Source: an uncultured Chthonomonadaceae bacterium (GTDB lineage: Bacteria; Armatimonadota; Chthonomonadetes; Chthonomonadales; Chthonomonadaceae). Taken from it: a stretch of 64,000 bases of DNA. Every line of letters starts with the position of its first letter. Positions within the stretch are counted from its first letter, which is position 1. Positions 60,500 to 64,000 of this stretch are shown here, piece by piece. The translations under genes were made by a program, and so were the position numbers. Where the stretch lies: contig CAWFQB010000005.1 in assembly GCA_963817895.1 (NCBI GenBank), positions 608,001-672,000 on the forward strand. Direction: 5' to 3'. The notes under the pieces were generated by a model. That model worked only from the letters and a program-made list of their open reading frames with translations. It searched no databases and was not told the DNA's origin.

Positions 60500-61960
60500 T
60501 GCGAGTATATCTTTGATTACATTGCCGTACACATCGGTCAGACGGTAATCGCGGCCCGCGTAGTGGTACGTCAGGCGTGTGTGGTCCAGTCCGAGCAGGT
60601 GCAGAATGGTGGCCTGTAAATCGTGGACATGGACGGGATTTTCCACGACGTTGAAGCCCATATCATCGGTTGCGCCATACGTCAGGCCGGGTTTGATGCC
60701 GCCGCCCGCCAGCCACATCGTATACGCGGACGGGTGATGGTCGCGCCCCTGACTGCGGCCTAGCGCGGCGTTGGATTCCACCATGGGCGTCCGCCCGAAC
60801 TCGCCGCCCCATATTACCAGCGTATCGTCCAGTAATCCGCGCTGCTTCAAATCCCTGATGAGGGCCGCGCTCGCTTTGTCGGTCGCGCCGCAGTTGCCTT
60901 TGAGGTTGCCGACAACATCGGAGTGCGCGTCCCAGCCCTCGTGATAGATGTTGACGAAGCGGACGCCGCGCTCAATCAGGCGGCGGGCGAGGAGGCAGGC
61001 GCGGGCAAACGAGGGCTTGTCCGGGTCGGCTCCATACATTTCCAGCGTGGCTTTCGATTCGGAGCGTAAATCCATCAGTTCGGGCGCGGAGGTTTGCAGT
61101 TTATACGACATTTCATACGCGGCAATGCGGGCGGCGATTTCCGGGTCGTGTTGGGTTTCCAGTTGTTTGCGGTTCATTTCGCCGACAAGATCAAGCGTGT
61201 CGCGCTGCAAGCGGTCGTCCATCCCCTGCGGGCGGCTCACATTCAGAATCGGATCGCCCTGACTGCGCAGCCGCGTACCCGAATACACGGAGGGCAAAAA
61301 TCCGCTCGACCAGTTCGCCGCGCCCCCACTGATTCCCGCGCCCGTGGACATCACGACAAACGAGGGCAAATCTCTGGTTTCCGCGCCAAGCCCATACGTT
61401 ACCCACGATCCTATGCTTGGGCGTCCCGGCTGTCCGAAACCCGTGTTGAACAGAATCTGCGCGGGCGCGTGGTTGAACTGATCCGTTTTCACGGATTTAA
61501 TCAGGCAAATGTCGTCCGCAACCGTTGCCAGATGTGGCAGCATTTCGGACAATTCCATGCCGCACTGCCCATGTTTGCTGAACTTAAATTGCGGCCCCAA
61601 CACCGCCGCGTCCGGGCGAATGAACGCATACCGCTGCCCGTTAATCACAGAAGGCGGAATCGGCTTGCCCTCCATCTTCGCCAGTTCCGGTTTGTAATCG
61701 AACAAATCCAACTGCGACGGCGCACCCGCCATAAACAGATGAATCACGCGCTTCGCTTTCGGGGCGAAATGTGGATGATGAGAAACGCCCTCACCCCCGC
61801 CCCCTCTCCCAAAAGTGCCTGGGAGCGGGGAGTTCTGGGCCTGTGCGCGGGATGCAGTGAAAGCATCCGTCAGCAGGGAAGCCAGCGCCATTTTGCCTAA
61901 TCCGACGCCACACTCCCGAAAGAAGTGCCGCCGCGCTATTTGTAGTTTCTTGTTTTCCAT
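60497..61960 (-). CDS. DUF1501 domain protein (Tat-type leader)
   Basis: [38 protein letters not shown] and [10 protein letters not shown]. Confidence 0.95.
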   Translation of the reverse strand: MENKKLQIARRHFFRECGVGLGKMALASLLTDAFTASRAQAQNSPLPGTFGRGGGGEGVSHHPHFAPKAKRVIHLFMAGAPSQLDLFDYKPELAKMEGKPIPPSVINGQRYAFIRPDAAVLGPQFKFSKHGQCGMELSEMLPHLATVADDICLIKSVKTDQFNHAPAQILFNTGFGQPGRPSIGSWVTYGLGAETRDLPSFVVMSTGAGISGGAANWSSGFLPSVYSGTRLRSQGDPILNVSRPQGMDDRLQRDTLDLVGEMNRKQLETQHDPEIAARIAAYEMSYKLQTSAPELMDLRSESKATLEMYGADPDKPSFARACLLARRLIERGVRFVNIYHEGWDAHSDVVGNLKGNCGATDKASAALIRDLKQRGLLDDTLVIWGGEFGRTPMVESNAALGRSQGRDHHPSAYTMWLAGGGIKPGLTYGATDDMGFNVVENPVHVHDLQATILHLLGLDHTRLTYHYAGRDYRLTDVYGNVIKDILA

Positions 61961-62097
61961 ATGTTTCTCTTGTTGCTTTGCCTGTCGTCTGGCGCAAAGC
62001 AGATAAAATTGACCAAATCTCTTCGTTACCCATAATCTTGTATGACGGACGAATTCCTTCCGTCGCCACCACACCGGAACTTATGGAGGTAGCGTGT

Positions 62098-63114
62098 TTA
62101 CTCTGTCGTATCGAACTGATGGAGTAAATTTGCCACAGAGGTACAACCATATTTTTCGGCACAACGGAGCGCAGTCAGCAAATCTTTGCTAAGATTGCTG
62201 TAGTCCGCGCCGTGATCCAGAAGATAGCGCACTGTGCGTAATTGACAGGTGGATGCCGCAACCATCAAGGCCGTATAACCCATAGCTTCTGTAGAATTTA
62301 CATCTGCCCCGGATGCCACAAGCTCCTCTACGCAGTCATCATTCCCGAAGATAACCGCGACTATTAACGCGGTTAATCCACTTCTTGTGGTCGCATTTGG
62401 TGCGGCTCCATGCGATAGAAGCAATTTCACTGCCTCAGTGTTTCCATACATGCACGCTACCATTAGACAAGTCCAGTTTTCATTTGCGGCACTATTCGAA
62501 TTAGTGCCCTGCTCCAGCAATCGTACGGCATCTATGTTCTTTCGTCGGCGTATATATCTCATTAGACGTTGCGGCAATGGCTGCGACTTTTGATAAAATA
62601 GAAATTTGTATACGCCAAAAAAACCACTGCACAACAGATAAGCCAGATGTAAGCCATGATCTAATAAGCTGCAAAACCACGTCTTTGCTGTTCCTGACGA
62701 CGTAGTAGAATGACCACGCGCTGATTCGCGTAATATATAGTATTTTGGAAACCACAATGCATCAGGAAGACAATCCAAGATGACATTCTCGTTATCCAAA
62801 AATTTGCAGATCAACTTCAAATAAGAAGCATATACATCAGTGTATACATAAACTCTTTGCCGTGTAACAGCGTGATATATCTCATAGGGCAAAGTATAGT
62901 AATACTGATAGGGTTCTAATCGAACCGGCAGATTGTCAAAATTCTCTATGTCGTCTCCGTCATATGTGTATCCAACTTTTCGACCCCGAACCAGCACGTA
63001 CCAAAATTTGTGGTCAGCAGTGTCGGGATGAACCCATTTTTCGGGGCACGCGTCATGGAAAGATTGCCATAGAACACACGAAATAGTAATCCGCCATTTG
63101 TTTTCTTCATCCAT
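62098..63114 (-). CDS. Ankyrin-repeat protein with unknown N-terminal domain and TM segment (AT-rich)
   Basis: WTCLMVAC.YGNTEAVKLLLSHGA, LTALIVAV and YTALMVAA: four ankyrin repeats. Confidence 0.85.
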   Translation of the reverse strand: MDEENKWRITISCVLWQSFHDACPEKWVHPDTADHKFWYVLVRGRKVGYTYDGDDIENFDNLPVRLEPYQYYYTLPYEIYHAVTRQRVYVYTDVYASYLKLICKFLDNENVILDCLPDALWFPKYYILRESARGHSTTSSGTAKTWFCSLLDHGLHLAYLLCSGFFGVYKFLFYQKSQPLPQRLMRYIRRRKNIDAVRLLEQGTNSNSAANENWTCLMVACMYGNTEAVKLLLSHGAAPNATTRSGLTALIVAVIFGNDDCVEELVASGADVNSTEAMGYTALMVAASTCQLRTVRYLLDHGADYSNLSKDLLTALRCAEKYGCTSVANLLHQFDTTE

Positions 63115-63241
63115 TTTACACAACTTCCGCCAACGGCACGTCCTCCTAAGAACCCGCTGCAAACGTCATCAGCAACGCTGCCGACACTACCAGAGAACAA
63201 ATAACGTCATGCAGCATGAACATGAAGGCTATCCTTTAAAG

Positions 63242-64000
63242 CTACTGCTTTGTAATCGCCTCATCCAGATTGAGGAGGGAACGCGCCAACAGTGTCCACG
63301 CGGCGCGGGAATTTACATCGCCGTCACCCTGTCCGGCAATCATCACGGCGTTCAGTTCTTTCTTTGCAAGCCGTTCCTTTTGCTGATTGTAGAACTTGAG
63401 CAGCAGATTGGTCTCTTCCGTTGTGGGCGGGCGCGTCAGGCAGTAGCGGAAGAGAAGGGTGACGCGCTCCGTTTCGGTTCCCGATTGCGCGGCCATCTGG
63501 CTGCCCAACGCCTGCGCCGCTTCCACAAACACCTGATCGTTGAGCAGCGTCAGGGCTTGCAGGGGCGTATTGGACACTTCGCGCCGCGCTACGCAGGCTT
63601 CCCCACTCGGCGCATCAAACGTCGTGAACATGGCATAGGGCGCAGTGCGCTTGCTAAACGTATATAAGCCACGCCGATACCGATCATCTCCCATGCTGAC
63701 GTTCCACGTCAGTGGCCCATACGTTCCTTCCGACGTGACACCCGGCGGCTGCGGCGGAAACACGCTCGGTCCGCCGATCTTAGGCGACAGCAGCCCGCTT
63801 GCCGCAAGGGCGCAATCCCGCACCAGTTCCGCATCCAGTCGAACCCGCGAACTCCGCGCCAGCAGTTTATTTTCCGGGTCGGTCTGCATTAATGCGGGCG
63901 TCGCCTGCGAACTTTGCCGATACGCCGCGCTCGTCACGAGAAGACGGTGCAGTTTCTTCAGGGACCAACCGCAGGCAATGGATGAAGGATGAGGGATGAA
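63242..64000 (-). CDS. DUF1553 (PSD1 / planctomycete cytochrome c) domain protein, 3' part
   Basis: TSAAYRQSS, RLDAELVRD, RRGLYTF, SNTPLQALTLLN and LLNLDEAITK. Confidence 0.93.
   Translation of the reverse strand, partial: FIPHPSSIACGWSLKKLHRLLVTSAAYRQSSQATPALMQTDPENKLLARSSRVRLDAELVRDCALAASGLLSPKIGGPSVFPPQPPGVTSEGTYGPLTWNVSMGDDRYRRGLYTFSKRTAPYAMFTTFDAPSGEACVARREVSNTPLQALTLLNDQVFVEAAQALGSQMAAQSGTETERVTLLFRYCLTRPPTTEETNLLLKFYNQQKERLAKKELNAVMIAGQGDGDVNSRAAWTLLARSLLNLDEAITKQ

Overview
GC-rich bacterial chromosomal window. The gene content suggests Armatimonadota or a similar lineage (inference): a DUF1559 prepilin-like protein, a DUF1553/DUF1501 pair and a SARP-ATPase-TPR regulator. Many genes are split by 1-bp indels, which look like long-read consensus errors. 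Core content includes ispE, a GntR/LacI regulator, cell-surface glycan enzymes, 5'-nucleotidase, Mn-catalase, ssuD, aqpZ, msrB, a SELENBP1-like protein, a ferredoxin and rnhA. No rRNA, tRNA, CRISPR array, integrase or intact transposase was seen. Four things stand out. (1) An AT-richer island at about 27.9-32.8 kb carries a double-HEPN protein, a TIR protein ending in a PcrA-like Tudor domain plus an SSB-like acidic tail, and a Ser/Thr kinase; its spacers are homologous remnants of small HTH/AT-hook genes, so it may be a defence cassette array. (2) A toxin-antitoxin-like cluster at 12.6-14.1 kb is partly bounded by a 30-bp direct repeat, and its PIN toxin is truncated. (3) A putative ADP-ribosyltransferase toxin with a small partner lies at 43.1-43.9 kb. 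(4) A dense population of palindromes built from 7-10-bp tandem repeats abuts stop codons, nests inside one another and sits in-frame inside proteins. Family assignments come from motif recognition by eye; no database searches were run.
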